NCBI RefSeq assembly: GCF_009914755.1
Contig: NC_060931.1
Length of the DNA: 64,000 nt
Source of the DNA: the human T2T-CHM13v2.0 reference genome, Homo sapiens
Strand: one strand, 5' to 3'
The notes beneath the pieces are model-generated. The model saw only the letters and a program-made list of their open reading frames with translations. It searched no databases and was not told where the DNA came from. Each line of letters opens with the position of its first letter. Positions within the stretch are counted from its first letter, which is position 1. The translations under genes were made by a program, and so were the position numbers. Shown here one piece after another: positions 1 through 64,000 of the stretch.

Positions 1-3
1 TCA

Positions 4-267
<264 letters not shown>

Positions 268-345
268 CTAGGCATGATGGCTCATGCCTGTTAAATGCCT
301 GTTAATCTCAGCACTTTGGGAAGCCGAGGCAGGTGGATCACCTCA

Positions 346-528
<183 letters not shown>

Positions 529-995
529 CTACAGCCTGGGCGACAGAGTGAGACTCTGTCTCAAAAATAAAAACAAAAACAAATAAAATCTTTTTCTAGA
601 GACAGGGTCTTCCTAGGTTGCCCAGACTGGCCTCAAATTCCCGGCCTCAAGCAGTCCTCCCGCCTCAGTCTCCCAAAGTGCTGTGATTACAAGTGTGAGC
701 CACTGCACCTTGCCAAGGTGGGTTCTAAGAATCTGAAGTTCCCCAGGTCAGGATTGGAAGCCAGCACTTTCCAACGTCACCTGCTTGTTTCTTCGAAGTT
801 GGTCAACCTGCAACCTCCCAGATATTTCCTCCTGCCTGAGCTTCCGCCCACTGGTCGGGTCAGATGAGAGAGGATGCGATGAGAGCAGACAAGGAAGGAA
901 GAGAGAGAGTGTGAGGGGGATGTTCAGTGTGTCCACAGGAGAGGCAAGAACAGAATCAGAGGTCAAGCAGCTCCTGGAACCGCCCGCAGGACTAG

Positions 996-35738
<34,743 letters not shown>

Positions 35739-35886
35739 AGAGACACGAGGACACACACACAGGCTTAGGATGGCACGTGCTGTAAGATTTCCTGAGCATT
35801 ACAGTTCTTAGCACTGAACTCGTCACAGTGTTTTAACATACCCCTTGGCCCACTGCATCTCAGGTTTCCTACATGGCTGGATTACG

Positions 35887-36065
35887 GGAGTTCGAGACCA
35901 GCCTGGGCAACATAGTGAGACCCCCATCTCTGCAAAATTAAAACATCAGCCGACCGTGGTGGTGTGTACATGTGGTTCTAGCTTCTTGGGAGGCTGAGGT
36001 GGGAGGATTGCTTGAGCTCAGGAGGTTGAGGCTGCAGTGAGCCATTGCATTCCAGCCTGGGTCAC
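35887..36065 (+). mobile_element. Partial AluJ-type element in the RSPH10B2 3' UTR / intergenic gap
   Basis: ggagttcgagaccagcctgggcaacatagtgagaccc...gaggctgcagtgagcc. Confidence 0.85.
35937..35942 (+). terminator. Candidate RSPH10B2 poly(A) signal ATTAAA inside an Alu A-rich linker
   Basis: First canonical hexamer after the stop codon; no + strand AATAAA before the CCZ1 3' end; GT-rich tract follows at ~35957-35978. Confidence 0.6.
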
Positions 36066-36148
36066 GGAGCTGGTGGCCAGTGTAATCTATAAATAGGCAG
36101 CAGGAGAGAGACTCAACACCAAACCAGAATTTTAAAAACTTTTAACAA

Positions 36149-36154
36149 TTTATT
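36149..36154 (-). terminator. CCZ1B poly(A) signal AATAAA
   Basis: tttatt on the + strand, ~260 nt after the stop; U/GU-rich downstream element on the - strand (ctggtttggtgttg). Confidence 0.8.
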
Positions 36155-36416
36155 AGTCTTATTTTCCAGTAAAATATTCACATAATGTCAAAAGAATGAA
36201 ATGATAGCGATATAGCCAACTACCTTTAATTAATTCCACATAAATATTTAAAATCTAAAAACCTCAGATCAGCAGACCGAGTCGAAATGTGATTCTTCAA
36301 AGCAAGTATTGCTTTACCCTTGTCCTGAATGCAGTCCGTCATATGACCACTAACTTGCATGTGACCAAATGTTTGCAGAGTGTTTTTTAGATATGCTCTC
36401 AGTGAGCCGTCATCCG

Positions 36417-63383
<26,967 letters not shown>

Positions 63384-63687
63384 CCCGCCCCGACCCCCAC
63401 CTCGGGACCCTCCCACGGCCCGCCCAGAGACAGCAGCCACCGGCTAAAACACCGCACTTCCGCCTCCGTCGCCACCGCCCCGGAAGCACTCGCCGCAGGC
63501 CCGGAAAAAGAATCCGCCTCGCAGCGTCCTCTTCAGGCACCCCCGGGTGGCCTTGTTGTCTGTTTCCTGGCCGAGTTTGTGTTTTGCTGGCTCGCGGAGT
63601 TTTCTCCTGGCTACAGGCGAGGGCTGCGCGTTTCAGGAAAAACCGAGCGGGCACTGTTTTTTTTGTTGTTGTTGTTTTTTCTGATAG

Positions 63688-63999
<312 letters not shown>

Positions 64000-64000
64000 T

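Overview
Human (primate) genomic DNA, very Alu-rich, from the 7p22.1 segmental duplication. It holds two tail-to-tail multi-exon genes, which I reconstructed exon by exon; every junction is GT-AG and phase-compatible. (1) On the + strand, the last 16 coding exons (1056-35738; 737 aa + stop; the 5' exons lie upstream of the window) of radial spoke head 10 homolog B, with N-terminal MORN repeats. (2) On the - strand, the complete 15-exon CCZ1-type gene (63383-36417; 482 aa; MON1-CCZ1 Rab7 GEF subunit) with its CpG-island promoter. If the window is the reference + strand, this orientation corresponds to RSPH10B2/CCZ1B, but the near-identical RSPH10B/CCZ1 copies cannot be excluded from sequence alone. 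Nearly all other ORFs in the track are Alu or simple-repeat artefacts. I found no evidence for a wholly new gene or for any prokaryote-type system. The best leads are: two tandem TPPP/p25alpha-like domains in the C-terminal half of RSPH10B; several locally templated insertion or duplication scars; an Alu flanked by a ~55-bp duplication; an intact MER85 carrying the CSB-PGBD3 palindrome; an Alu-derived poly(A) signal at the convergent gene ends; and a G-quadruplex plus an in-frame GUG in the CCZ1 5' leader.
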